Assembly: GCF_964204645.1 (NCBI RefSeq)
Contig: NC_134027.1
Span: 19,740,560-19,804,559 of the forward strand
DNA length: 64,000 bases
Direction: 5' to 3'
Source of the DNA: Tubulanus polymorphus
Taxonomy: Eukaryota; Animalia; Nemertea
The notes beneath the pieces are model-generated. The model saw only the letters and a list, made by a program, of their open reading frames with translations. It ran no database searches and was not told the origin of the DNA. Position 1 is the first letter of the stretch. Each line of letters opens with the position of its first letter. Made by a program: the position numbers and the translations under genes. Shown here one piece after another: positions 37,334 through 49,200 of the stretch.

Positions 37334-37738
37334 GTGGCAGTCTTTGAGCCGGCAAATCAATTAAGGGCACATGATCTTATGAGTGCAAGGTCAGTTGTCG
37401 ACGTTACGCAATCAGGCATTCCGGTTCGGGTCATGAATCCCACATCACGACATGTCACCCTCTATGAGGATATGTGTCTTGGCCACTTATGGACAGATGG
37501 GTGGTCACTTGACCAATCCCTGAAGAATGAAGGGAATTCGGGACAGCTGACCCGACCTCCAGAGGTGTCTGTCACACATGTGGACTACCCTCAGACATCT
37601 GCTGACATTGGGATACCGGAAATAGATATGTCAGACTCGGACCTTTCTGTATCACAGAAAGCGAAACTTCTTGAACTAATACGATCGTATCGGGACATTT
37701 TGCACGAACACCGGACGAACTTGGTAAAACTGACTTAG
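37334..37738 (+). pseudogene. Protease-RT spacer of pol, cut off by frameshifts
   Basis: 'IPVRVMNPT...VTLY', 'SDLS..QK.KL.ELI..Y.D' typical of the pre-RT region. Confidence 0.75.
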
Positions 37739-37806
37739 TCAAACACGTCATTGACACAGGGGACGCGGCCCCAATTCGGAAAAGGCCTTATAGAGCCTCT
37801 CCGGCC

Positions 37807-40749
37807 ATGCAAGAAGTTATTGACACGCATGTCAAACAGATGTTAGACATGGGGATAGTACAGCATAGTACTAGCCCATGGGCTGCCCCGGTCGTTCTCG
37901 TTCGGAAGAAGAGCCCGGACGGAGATGTCAAGTGGAGATTCTGTGTTGACTATCGGGGATTGAATGCTGTCACCCGTTCAGACTATTTTCCCCTGCCTAG
38001 AATCGATGATCTCTTGGCTCAGGTTGGTCAAGCGGCACCTACATTCTTTAGCTCACTTGATTTTCTGAGTGGCTACTGGCAAGTTGAAGTTGACGAGGCC
38101 AGTAGGGATAAGACTGCTTTCATTACACAGTCGTCTCTTTTGGAATTTAAGGTACTCCCATTTGGTCTGAAATCGGCGCCATCTACCTTTCAGCGGTTGA
38201 CTGGTGGTCTGCTGAGAGACTTGGTTGGGAAATTTTGTCTAGTATATTTGGACGATATTATCTGTTACTCGAATTCTTTTGATGGTCATTTAATTCACCT
38301 GGCTCAAATTTTCGATCGATTTCGTGAGTCAGGTCTTCGCCTAAATCCAAAGAAATGTCGGTTTGCTGTCAAAACCATTGACTTCCTTGGGCATCGAATA
38401 TCTAAGGACGGGATCGCTACTGACCCGGAAAAGGTAGCAGCCGTACAGGAATGGCCTGTCCCCACGACTTTAAAAGAACTACGAAGTTTTCTGGGGTTCA
38501 CCAATTATTATCGGCGTTTTTGTAAAGGTTACAGCACTATGGCGGCCCCCTTACACCAGTTGACTAAGAAAGGCGTGCCGTATAGATGGGACGCTTCTTG
38601 TCAACAGGCTTTCGACACCCTTAAGCAAGCGATGCTCGAAGCCCCAGTATTGGCCTTCCCCATTTATGGGGCATCGCCATTTTTATTGTATACTGATGCC
38701 TCCGATGAGGGTATCGGCATGGTCCTGGCGCAGGTCCAGGATGGGCTAGAAAGAGCAATTGCATATGCGGGGCGAGGATTGAATAAAGCGGAGAAAAATT
38801 ATTCTACAACGGACCGTGAACTCTTAGCTGTTGCAGCAGGAGTCAAAAAGTTTGAACCCTACTTACGGGGATATCATTTTGAGATTATCACAGACCACAG
38901 TTGCTTACGGTATCTTCAGACCATGAAAACACTTTCGGGTCGTGTTGGCCGTATTGCACTCTACTTAGAGCAATTTGACTACTCCATATCGCATCGTCCA
39001 GGCAAGGCAAACGGGAACGCCGATGGGCTCTCTCGTCGCCCGTATCCCATCTCTGATAGTATGGAAGACACTATCGACACGTGTGCTCTCGAGGCTGACA
39101 ATGAGCGGCCTGTACCCTTCAACATGGGCGAGCTCCAGCGGTCTGATTTACAATTAGTGTGTCTTATAGACTATTTACTTGATGGTACCTTGCCAGATGA
39201 TGACAAGGAAGCCAGGAGAATTATCTTGCAGTCAGACTACTTCTTTGTTGACGATGATGGAGTTCTTTACCATGTGGACTCTAAAAAGAAAATTGAGGCT
39301 GATGGGCCTCGTCAGTTGGTCATACCTAAAAGTATGTATGCGGAAATGTTAGAGGCTGGTCATGATTCAATGACTGGCGGTCACTTGGGTCACAAACGGA
39401 CCTACGAAACCTTGCGAGCAAGGTATTACTGGCATGGTATGTATCGAGACGTTGAAAATTGGATTAAATCCTGTAAGGACTGTGCGACTAAGAATCAGCC
39501 AGGGAAGCCCATTAGGGCCCCGGTTAACCCCATAGCTGTCACAGGGCCGTGGGATAGAGTCTCAATGGATGTCTGTGGTCCTTTTCCAACAACGGACTCG
39601 GGAAATAAATACATATTGGTCTTTGTCGACTATCTTACAAAGTGGGTTGAAGCTTTTGCTATGACTAATCAAGAAGCCACGACGGTCGCTACGATCTTTT
39701 ATGAACAAATCATTTGTCGCCATGGGGCGCCCTCTGTTTTGCAGAGCGATCGCGGAACAAATTTCCTGAGTAAATTAGTCAGCGAGGTTTCGCGGCTATG
39801 TTATACGCCACGGGCACGGTCCAGTGCGTATAGACCACAAACTCAGGGACAAGTCGAGCATATGAATCTTGTGATTGTCAAGGCTCTGAGCATGTACTGC
39901 AATGAACGCCAAACCGATTGGGACGAATACCTTTACCCCATTCTATTTGCATATCGGGTAAGTCCAGCTTCGGATACGTCGCAATACTCGCCATTCTACC
40001 TCATGTATGGCCGAGAACCGAGGTTGCCGATGGACGTTGCTTTACTTAATCCGAGGGACGTTTACTTTGATGCAGGAGGCTTTGTCCAAGCAATGTTGCC
40101 AAAGTTAAAAGAGGCCAGGAAGTTGGCCAAGGCTAATATCAAAAAGGCGCAGGAGAAGATGAAGGAACGTTTCGACAGGACTGCCGTTCCCCCAAATTTC
40201 GCAGTAGGTGATCAAGTGTTGCTATTCACTCCAAAGAAAATAAAGAGGCTTAGTAAGAAATTGCTTCATCAATGGACGGGCCCTTATCGAATTGTCCGAC
40301 AGATTTCTCCTGTATCTTTCATTTTGGAGAATGAGAGGAATCAAGATTTGGCCGTCCCAGTACATTGTAATAGAATGAAGCATTTCTTTTCAACGGACAT
40401 TAGGCCGCTTGAGGACGACATACCTGAGAATCCACCTATTGACAGGGAGGACGGGGATCAACCTGAGGAGGGGCCTGTCCTCGCACCGGATGATCCGGGC
40501 GATCAAAATCAGCCTGCGAATCCGGTTGAGCCAATCTATTACGTAGAACGAGTGATTCGTCACAAAAAAGAGAAAGGCATTCTGAAATATCTTATAAAAT
40601 GGGTTGGCTATGACGATAATGAGAACACGTTTGAGCCAGCCGAAAACCTGCCTCCTGAAATCATTCGAGCCTATTGGGATGACCATGCCGCTAAAGTAAA
40701 GCGTAAAACTCGTAAAAATAAGAAGAGACGTCGAGAAAGAGACGACTAG
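37807..40749 (+). CDS. pol: Pol: RT, RNase H, integrase, C-terminal chromodomain
   Basis: WRFCVDYRGLN, LPFGL, YLDD; LYTDAS, ITDH; GHLG..CKDC, SMDVCGP, SDRGTNF, GQVE; YYVERVIRHK...YLIKWVGYDDNENTFEPAENL. Confidence 0.97.
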   Translation: MQEVIDTHVKQMLDMGIVQHSTSPWAAPVVLVRKKSPDGDVKWRFCVDYRGLNAVTRSDYFPLPRIDDLLAQVGQAAPTFFSSLDFLSGYWQVEVDEASRDKTAFITQSSLLEFKVLPFGLKSAPSTFQRLTGGLLRDLVGKFCLVYLDDIICYSNSFDGHLIHLAQIFDRFRESGLRLNPKKCRFAVKTIDFLGHRISKDGIATDPEKVAAVQEWPVPTTLKELRSFLGFTNYYRRFCKGYSTMAAPLHQLTKKGVPYRWDASCQQAFDTLKQAMLEAPVLAFPIYGASPFLLYTDASDEGIGMVLAQVQDGLERAIAYAGRGLNKAEKNYSTTDRELLAVAAGVKKFEPYLRGYHFEIITDHSCLRYLQTMKTLSGRVGRIALYLEQFDYSISHRPGKANGNADGLSRRPYPISDSMEDTIDTCALEADNERPVPFNMGELQRSDLQLVCLIDYLLDGTLPDDDKEARRIILQSDYFFVDDDGVLYHVDSKKKIEADGPRQLVIPKSMYAEMLEAGHDSMTGGHLGHKRTYETLRARYYWHGMYRDVENWIKSCKDCATKNQPGKPIRAPVNPIAVTGPWDRVSMDVCGPFPTTDSGNKYILVFVDYLTKWVEAFAMTNQEATTVATIFYEQIICRHGAPSVLQSDRGTNFLSKLVSEVSRLCYTPRARSSAYRPQTQGQVEHMNLVIVKALSMYCNERQTDWDEYLYPILFAYRVSPASDTSQYSPFYLMYGREPRLPMDVALLNPRDVYFDAGGFVQAMLPKLKEARKLAKANIKKAQEKMKERFDRTAVPPNFAVGDQVLLFTPKKIKRLSKKLLHQWTGPYRIVRQISPVSFILENERNQDLAVPVHCNRMKHFFSTDIRPLEDDIPENPPIDREDGDQPEEGPVLAPDDPGDQNQPANPVEPIYYVERVIRHKKEKGILKYLIKWVGYDDNENTFEPAENLPPEIIRAYWDDHAAKVKRKTRKNKKRRRERDD

Positions 40750-40795
40750 TACGTGGTTTCGAGATTACTGATTCTTGCTATCCCTATTTTTCAGG

Positions 40796-43429
40796 ATGCA
40801 AATTGTCGTAATCTTGGTGGCCATATGGTCGTCGGCCTATTGTCTGATGCCCTCGACGGTCTTGAGGCCAAACTATGGTGTCGCCTTTCATCGGATTGGA
40901 GGAGTCCATAATGGCGACAGTGCCTGGTTTCACACGTTCGCGATACCATGGCTAGTTGTTAATGACCCCCCGAGTAAAGGCTTGCGGCTACGCTGTTCTC
41001 TTGTCCAGCCAGAACTTCGTTCTCACTGCTCCGGCTATTTGGAAATGTTTCGTGAGGCGCATCGCCTACAGTTAGACACGTTGACCCATATCAGGGGACA
41101 ATTGGCTGATATGAGACAAATGATACCTGATGCTGCAGATACCGACTCACGAAAGAAACGACACGCCAGTGGGCGCAGGGTCAAACGTGCACCACTTTCA
41201 TTTATCGGATCGATTTCGTCTTCCTTGTTCGGTACGGCTACCGAAGATGAAGTTCAGCAAGTAGAAAATCACGTCGAAAAAGTAGAAAAAATAGTCAAGT
41301 TGAATTCGGATCAAATCACCCACATACAGGGGACACTCTCTTCATTTATTAACGCGACTGACAAACGAATCAGTAGCCTGACCTCTGCATACGTGGCCAA
41401 TTCAAAAGAGCTTAAATCAATTCGAACGACACTGCTAAAGCAAAGTGTCGATGCGAGTATGCTAGCATTGGCGTCTGACATGACAATAAGAAATATCATC
41501 CTAGTGGAACGACTGACGGCAGTTTCCAGTGAGTGGTTGCAGGGGGTTGAAAAGTTATTGGAGGGATATTTGCCTAGAGCCCTGGTTAATCCAAAAATGG
41601 TTTCGAAGGTTCTTGACGATGTGTCCGAAAAATTAAATAGGATGCATTCTGGGTTTTCAATAGCTAATAGGGATGTAGGCTATTATTACATAGTTAAGGA
41701 TGTGTGCTTTACTAAGACCAATAAATTTGTTTACATATCAATCAAAATCCCCTTGCAATCTGGTCAGACATATTTTGATTTATACTCGGTTGTCTTAATG
41801 CCAGTGCCAATAAACGCGACGTCCTTTAACACTTCAATGATTGTTGGTACAGCCCCTTATTTTGGCGCTACTAGGGACGGTAGTTACTACACTGAAATGG
41901 GTCACGATATATTTGCTACTTGTTATGGAACCGATGTGATGACTTGCCGGCAGCGCGTGTCCATGCGCGAAGCAACCGTAGAATCATGCCTGAGTAGCCT
42001 TTTCTTCGATAAACCCTCACAGGTGCTAGCATTATGCCACATACGGTATGAGGTCCAGGGCCTGGCCGAACTGGCAGTCGACGTAGGGGATGGCTACTTT
42101 GTTGTTTCAGGCACTGACGATTTTTGGACTCTCGCCTGCCCTGGCAAGTCACCAAAAGCAATAAAAGCATGTCGTTTTTGTTTGGTAAAAATTGGGTGTG
42201 CATGTGCATTGCGTGGATCAAAATTTTTTGTGCCCGGTAGAATTAACAAATGTATTAACCAAGACACGGTGACCATTGCGCACGCTGTTAATTTACTAGT
42301 CCTACATAGTTTCTTTTCAAAGAATGTAGTGTCCAACGTTACTGGAGCGACAATGTTTCAGGGCACGCCATACGCACCGCTGCCTAGTTTGGATTTCAAG
42401 GCTAATAACTGGTCAAAAGTGGCTGCGGTGGACACTAAATTTAGCATGGATTTCAAAAAGTTAGCAAGAACCGTTCAAACTGACGCTAAACTGTACCGAT
42501 CGCAAGCAGACGCTTTATTTGATCATTCTGAACCTGTTATTTCGTCTGGAACCGGTACAGGGTGGCTCACTTGGCTCGCTATTGGTCTCTCTGCGGGCAG
42601 CATGCTGCTCTCAATATTCGTTTTGCTAAAGTCGCAAGGATCCTTATCAATTCTGGGAGCAGGACTTCTTCCGACCGCTGAAGCTATGGTGACTGTTCAC
42701 CCCGCTATCCATGACCTACGACGAGGTGGCTGGAATAATACGGTCATTCGGGAGGTTGTCACAGCCAAGAATGTGCGCGTCGATGTCGTCCTGTTCTTAG
42801 TTATTGTAGTAGGTATAGTTATAATTGTGTTCAGACCTTTATTGCGTGCTATGTTCTATAGGTGCCGACACTGTTTGCCTGCACCTTGTTCACCGGGAAA
42901 ATATCCGGTTAGGCTAGCCATAAGGCTTAAGAATGGAATTCAGACATTGGACTTGCCTCTACTAACATTGTCCGGTTGTGAAACGAGATGTTGTTTCGAG
43001 CCTCCAGCTCTTACTAAGGTTGCGTTACGAGTCGTTTGTGGAGTCGCCCGCTTGAACTTAACCTGGCAGGCTAAGCAACTGACTTGTTCGCAAGGGACGA
43101 TGTATAATCTGCCGACTTCCTGCTCGGTCCCCATACGAGTAAGTCTCTTCACAATGAGACAGCTCGTGTCAGTTCCGAGTAAGGTTGTGGTTGTTGCGGT
43201 TTATCGGTCGTTTACTACCGAACTACGAGAAGCGACCCAGCTGACAGTTTCGTCAGTGGAACCCGAGATCGTGGTTATACATGATGAGGCTCGGACTGAG
43301 CATGGGCCCGGTGTACTGGCACTCACAGCTTCCCCTGGCGGCGATCTGTCGCCACCAGACTATTCGGTGGGGATTCCCAGGAATTCGCTATTGGCTGATG
43401 CCAGTAGGCTGTACCCATATCTGTACTGA
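40796..43429 (+). CDS. env: Envelope/class I fusion glycoprotein (baculovirus F / errantivirus Env-like)
   Basis: Signal peptide MQIVVILVAIWSSAYC; furin sites RKKR and RVKR followed by fusion peptide APLSFIGSISSSLFGTA; heptad repeat; Cys-rich region; TM helices. Splice-acceptor-like tactgat...ccctatttttcag lies just upstream. Confidence 0.88.
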   Translation: MQIVVILVAIWSSAYCLMPSTVLRPNYGVAFHRIGGVHNGDSAWFHTFAIPWLVVNDPPSKGLRLRCSLVQPELRSHCSGYLEMFREAHRLQLDTLTHIRGQLADMRQMIPDAADTDSRKKRHASGRRVKRAPLSFIGSISSSLFGTATEDEVQQVENHVEKVEKIVKLNSDQITHIQGTLSSFINATDKRISSLTSAYVANSKELKSIRTTLLKQSVDASMLALASDMTIRNIILVERLTAVSSEWLQGVEKLLEGYLPRALVNPKMVSKVLDDVSEKLNRMHSGFSIANRDVGYYYIVKDVCFTKTNKFVYISIKIPLQSGQTYFDLYSVVLMPVPINATSFNTSMIVGTAPYFGATRDGSYYTEMGHDIFATCYGTDVMTCRQRVSMREATVESCLSSLFFDKPSQVLALCHIRYEVQGLAELAVDVGDGYFVVSGTDDFWTLACPGKSPKAIKACRFCLVKIGCACALRGSKFFVPGRINKCINQDTVTIAHAVNLLVLHSFFSKNVVSNVTGATMFQGTPYAPLPSLDFKANNWSKVAAVDTKFSMDFKKLARTVQTDAKLYRSQADALFDHSEPVISSGTGTGWLTWLAIGLSAGSMLLSIFVLLKSQGSLSILGAGLLPTAEAMVTVHPAIHDLRRGGWNNTVIREVVTAKNVRVDVVLFLVIVVGIVIIVFRPLLRAMFYRCRHCLPAPCSPGKYPVRLAIRLKNGIQTLDLPLLTLSGCETRCCFEPPALTKVALRVVCGVARLNLTWQAKQLTCSQGTMYNLPTSCSVPIRVSLFTMRQLVSVPSKVVVVAVYRSFTTELREATQLTVSSVEPEIVVIHDEARTEHGPGVLALTASPGGDLSPPDYSVGIPRNSLLADASRLYPYLY

Positions 43430-44916
43430 GGGCAGTATTTGAAAGCTATTTAAGAATAGCTATTCTGAATAAGGGTGCTCGAATGCCCTCATTGGATTTG
43501 ACGTAAGTATAATTTAATCAGTAATAAGGTCAGGATGCATATGTCCTGCAAAATTGTCGGAAAGTTGTTATTATATGATGATGAAACACAAATATATTAG
43601 AAATAAGTACTATTAAGCCTTTAAGTTATGTGAGATAAAGACAACCATAGAATAAACATAGATTATAGGTTTAACTGTCGTGTTATTGGCCTATCGCCGT
43701 AATATCAATAATCTCCAGTGTTTATTATCCGTAGTCTGAGTAGAAGTTGTTAATTGTCAGTTAGAAAAGAAAGAGTTATGAAATTTTTATATAATCTCTG
43801 TGTTTTTATTTGATTGTAAGGTACCCTTATCGGATGTGTGAAGATGGGACCGTCGGGATATGACAGCACAACGATGGAAGAATGCCTTCTTCTGTCAACC
43901 GCGATAGATGTCGACGGGTACCCCCCTGATAGTGACCATATGGAGATGGGGACTTGTTGGGAGGTATCCTGAGACTCTATTCGACGCAACTGATAGTATG
44001 ATAAACCAACAACTGGTATGCTCTGGTCGAGATGAGTGATATTAATTTGCCGATTCGTCAAATAACGGAGAAACGGAGCGAATATACGACGTACAACAGC
44101 GAACTTTGGGCGTTGGTTTTAACGGGATGGAATCATGCTCGATGATTAGTCATGCGATTCTGGCCATTGTTAGTGGTGTTGTCACTCTCGAAGACCTGTT
44201 ATATACTCACGAACTTAAGTGATGAAGGGTGGACAAAGACACCTGGCCAATGCGATACGAAATATGAAGGAAAGTGATAATTTCCGTAGACATCTTAGCG
44301 GAGTAAAGCCGAGTGTGTAGATGGCTCCCGTGTAGTTACATTAACATTCGATGGAATGTTGTTCGCTCAAGCCGTAAGATGCGAATACATTACTGTTCCG
44401 TTTCTATAGTAACTGTGGAGAAAAGACTCCGATATAGTAACCGTAGTACTATAGCGTCTATGAATAGCGAGCAAGTATCAGCTGAACATGAATGCGTTTT
44501 GCCGTACTATCAACGTAGCAGTACGCGCTTCGAGGAACTGCGGTGGATGACGTCATTCGTTCGTCCATGACGTACCTTGTTGTGTCTGGTAGCTATTGCG
44601 TCACTTCGCGGTAAATTCTAAACTCGAACTGTGAACTGTTTTGTGCTTAGCTTTCGACTGTTTAGTGTGCGGGGACAGCGGTCTCGAATGAACTTTTTTT
44701 TCCGATTGGGTATCCAGAACTTTAAATGCGGTTTTATGATAAACTGTATCCTGAACTTTAACACGCGTTTGTTGTGTTGAACTTTTAAACAGTTACTCGT
44801 TGCATGAATTGTTTTTTTTTGCAATTGATGTTCTTTTTCAGGATCTGTCTAGGGAAGTTTCAGCGCGATTTTCATGAGTCAGTCTAAATTCAAAATTTCG
44901 GGACGAAATTTAAACT

Positions 44917-44926
44917 GGATAGGGAG
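44917..44926 (+). promoter_or_regulatory. Polypurine tract
   Basis: ggatagggag, 3 nt before the 3' LTR. Confidence 0.65.
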
Positions 44927-44929
44927 TGA

Positions 44930-46182
44930 TGATCCGCAGCAAGATTCCGTAGTAACTAAAAAATGTTTGTAATGATGGTTTTTGTTTACGTTGGTGGTTT
45001 CTTTATGGGTATCAGACAGCAAACGATGTGTGCAAGTTGTTGTTTGATGCTTTGATCTACCAGCGCTGACAATAAATCAGCCAGGGGTAAAAATAATTCT
45101 TCCTCGGTTCTTGTGCTGCGATATCTGGCAAACATTTAGAATTATTTTTAAAAAACTTAAGGATAGACGGAACTGTAATTGGTTGGGTCGGAACGATGAG
45201 GTGCTTTGATAGTGTGGTTTGTGCAGGGATCTCGCTGTTACTTCTTGATACTCCCGACTACTTTCTATAAAAGGATGAACCGGAAGTATAGGAAGACATT
45301 GTTGTTTTGCTTTATCCTGTATTAATAAATGAAAATTGGTATAATAAGTATAGAATGATTTTAGATTTGATAATTAATTACATTGTATTTCTGAATCAAA
45401 AGTTTACTATTGTTGATTGGAAAAAGAAACGATGAGTTTGTTCCATAATCTAGGTGAAAACTAAGTTTTGAAAATATATCTAAATTAAGTATCCTGGATG
45501 TTAATTAAGGACAAGACCTTTATAATCGCTTAAGTTTTATGGAAGTTTAATTGTGGCAAATATCAATACTAGCTCTCTAAGGTTTCTGTTGGTGTACATG
45601 TCTGTTGGTAACTCGTAGAGAATGGCTGCTCTCTCAACGATGATGGGTAGGGAGTGAGTAAATCAAAGCGTGTTATGACAGGAGGGTTGGAAAGAAAAGT
45701 TACTTTGGCAAATCAGTTTCTCAAATAATTTTAGATTAGCGAATCATTAAGGCTAATTCTACATGTCCAAAACCGTCATGACAGCTATGTTGCTGCTCCT
45801 TGCCAAAAGTCGAACGGGAGAGTCGGCATTCTAGGAATGCCGATCTTTTCCATAAAAGAGGCCCGCAGTCTTGAGAAAGCAGACTTACCCGGGGACGCTC
45901 GTTAAGATACTTGAGAGTTGGGTGGAAATACCAGAATTAAGACGGGTTACCAACAGTAGTGTACAATAGGAATTTAGAGTTAGGAATTGAACTGTGTGCT
46001 ATCTGGAGATATTACTATTATCAAGGTAAATAAAATCTATTTTATTATTATTATATTCAATCAGAATTTCGGCATTTTAGTTTAATTATTTGGGTTTGTG
46101 CACGGACACGTTCTCTCGCCAGGGACCGATCTTTACGTTTTTATATTCAACGATTAAGGAGAGGATTGTGACCGGTGTATCA
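44930..46182 (+). repeat. 3' LTR (1253 bp)
   Basis: Direct repeat of 31294-32565. Confidence 0.95.
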
Positions 46183-46202
46183 CTGGTGCCGAAACCCTTA
46201 CT

Positions 46203-49200
46203 GTACATACCGATCATTGTCAAATGCACAAGGAATTTACTAAATACAAGTATATAACACAATCCTTTCCGTATGCTGGACTCACACTTGACATTCGGAG
46301 TAAGCATTCGCTGTGGGGGAAAGGGATCGTTCGCTGTGTCGCTTGTGTTATCGAGTTTGACGCGGCTTTAGGCCTACCGGTGCTGAGCTTAACTGTCTCA
46401 AACAAACACAGTATAATTGTTGCGTTTATTAACGGATTCATTGGATTGAACTTCAAACAAAATTTACGATATTTAGGTGGGTTGTTATTCAATAGGCCTA
46501 CGACCAATCTGTCCGGATGTTAGGCCTACGCATATACATAGGCCTAAATAGGCTAGTAGCGTTAAGCGTTCGCTGTGTCGCTTGAAGTGTTTATCGAGTT
46601 TTACGCGACCTTAAGGCTTAAGTATGGTGGCTGATAAGGGCCATGTGTAAAAAAACACGTATATGCAAATGAGGGCGACATTATGACAAAAGGACAAAAC
46701 TAAAATAACGCGACAAAACAATAATTTTGGTTTTGTCGCCCGCGACAATTCATTATTTTGGTTTTATCGCCCGCGACAATCATTATTTTGGTTTTATCGC
46801 CCGCGACAATTCATTAATTTGGTTTTGTCACCCGCGACAAATCAATATTTTGGTTTTGTCGCCCACGCAAATTCAATATTTTGGTTTTATCGCCCGCGAC
46901 AATTCATTATTTTGGTTTTATCGCCCGCGACAATTTTTTTTTGGTCGCAGTTTTATCGCCTGCGACACTTCAATATTTTGGTTTTATCGCCCGCGACAAT
47001 TCATTATTTTGGTTTTATCGCCCGTGAAAATTCATTATTTTGGTTTTATCGCCCGTGACAATTCAATAATTTGGTTTTGTCACCCGCGACAAATCAATAT
47101 TTTGGTTTTATCGCCCGCGAATTCATTATTTTGGTTTTATCGCCCGCGACAATTCATTATTTTGGTTTTATCGCCCGCGACAATTCATTATTTTGGTTTT
47201 ATCGCCAGCGACAATTCATTATTTTGCTTTTATCGCCCGCGACAATTCAATATTTTGGTTTTGTCGCCCTCGACAATTCAATATTTTGGTTTTGTCGCCT
47301 ACGACAATTCAATATTGTGGTTTTATCGCCCGCGACAATTCATTATTTTGGTTTTATCGCCCGCGACAATTCATTATTTTGGTTTTATCGCCAGCGACAA
47401 TTCATTATTTTGGTTTTATCGCCCGCGACAATTCATTATTTTGGTTTTATCGCCAGCGACAATTCATTAGTTTGGTTTTGTCGCCCTCGACAATTCAATA
47501 TTTTGGTATTGTCGCCCTCGACAATTCAATATTTTGGTTTTGTCGCCCACGACAATTCAATATTTTGGTTTTATCGCCCGCGACAATTCATTATTTTGGT
47601 TTTATCGCCCGCGACAATTTTTTTTTGTCGCGGTTTTATCACCTGCGACACTTCCATATTTTGGTTTGATCGCCTGATGCGACAATTCAATATTTTGGTT
47701 TTATCGCCAGCGACAATTCATTATTTTGGTTTTATCGCCCGCGGCAATTCAATATTTTGGTTTCATCGCCAGCGACAATTGATTATTTTGGTTTTATCGC
47801 CCGCGACAATTCATTTTTTTGGTTTTGTCGCCCACTCTATTAGCTTTTGAATAATTAGGCCAATTAATAACGTAATAAAGACTTATGCTTTCGCCTATTT
47901 TGAAGTCGATTAATCTGATTAATCTGACAACTCGAGGCCCTTTATCGCTTCCGTACAGTCGTCATATCACTGGCGTCCTCAACTTTCAGCAACGCAAGTC
48001 ACATGGAGTCGTACATGTTCTACTTTCTGCGACGTGACACGACTGTCACAACCAACTGACACAATCGTATTGCAACCGACATGCACCGAAACTTGCGATG
48101 CAACGCGAGGATCGCATCGTGTCACAAGACCTACCTACGTCCGGCTTTAAGTTACTGCGGAGCACCAGAAATATCTTTTTTTTTCGTTCAAAAGACCTTT
48201 CGCTTGAAAATTCTTTCGTCGGAACAAAATTTATTTCGTTCGAACCAATAATATTCTATACGATTGAACCAATTTGAAAAAATCGTTTGAACAAAGTTGA
48301 ACAAACTTTTTTTTGTCCAAACGAAAGGTTTTTCGTTCGAACAATCGTTCAATTGAACAGAATCGTTTTAATTTGAACAGAATTTTCTTGTCAGAACATT
48401 AAGTTTTTCGTTCGAACAAGTATATTGAAAAAAGTTTTTTCTCCGAACCGAAAGTATTAAGTATTTCGTTCAATCGAACAGAATTGTTTTCATTCAAACA
48501 TTGGTTCGAAAAAATTGTTTACGCTCAACCAAATTTTTTTGCCGGGACTAAAAATTTTTCATTTCAACAATAACATAGCTTTTTATTCGAACACATTTTT
48601 TGTCAGGATAAAGAAAAATTTTGGTTCAAGCAAAAAGCGTATTGTTCGATCAAACAGAATAATTTTCATTCGAACAAGATTTTCTTGTTGGAACATTAAG
48701 TTTTTAAGTTGAACAGCGTGTTAAGGTCGATTTGGAAATTTACTCGGTCTGGTATATGTTGGATTACTGTGTATGTCATTTGTCAGGACATTAAACAGAA
48801 GACAACTTAGGATACTACCTTGCGTGACTCCACTAGTTTGACCGACTTATTCCAAGATGAGGCGTTCCGTTGATTTCGGCTACAAGTTTTCGTTCAGAGA
48901 TAACTGCTGAGCCATTTGGGCGACCTATCATTGATACTGTTTCCTAATAGCCTGTTTAGTAATGGCTGAAGTTGCGCCTAATCAATTGCTTTGTCGAAAT
49001 CCACCGTTGAACAGGATTCTAAGACTGTGCAGAAAACCCGTTATCGCTGCTTTGCAGCTATATTTATTATTAGGGTTTTCTGTTATTTCACAGAAAACCC
49101 TATTGATATCCGCGTGGTTATTATTATTATTATTTTCTTCCACACTATTTTTACCAAAAGAACATAGGCTTTGTTACCTTTCCGCTGTTTCATATACAAT

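Larger units (their letters stand above)
31294..46202 (+). mobile_element. Near-complete env-encoding Ty3/Gypsy LTR retroelement (~14.9 kb)
   Basis: Two near-identical LTRs, PBS, PPT, gag-pro-pol-env. 4-bp TSD gtac; the empty site tttcctacagtacataccgatc is visible in sister repeat units near 27432 and 49876. Confidence 0.96.

Noticed and set aside
24117-47835. 32-bp palindromic repeats as a CRISPR array
   Set aside because: Units are head to tail with no unique spacers, there are no cas genes, and the context is eukaryotic.
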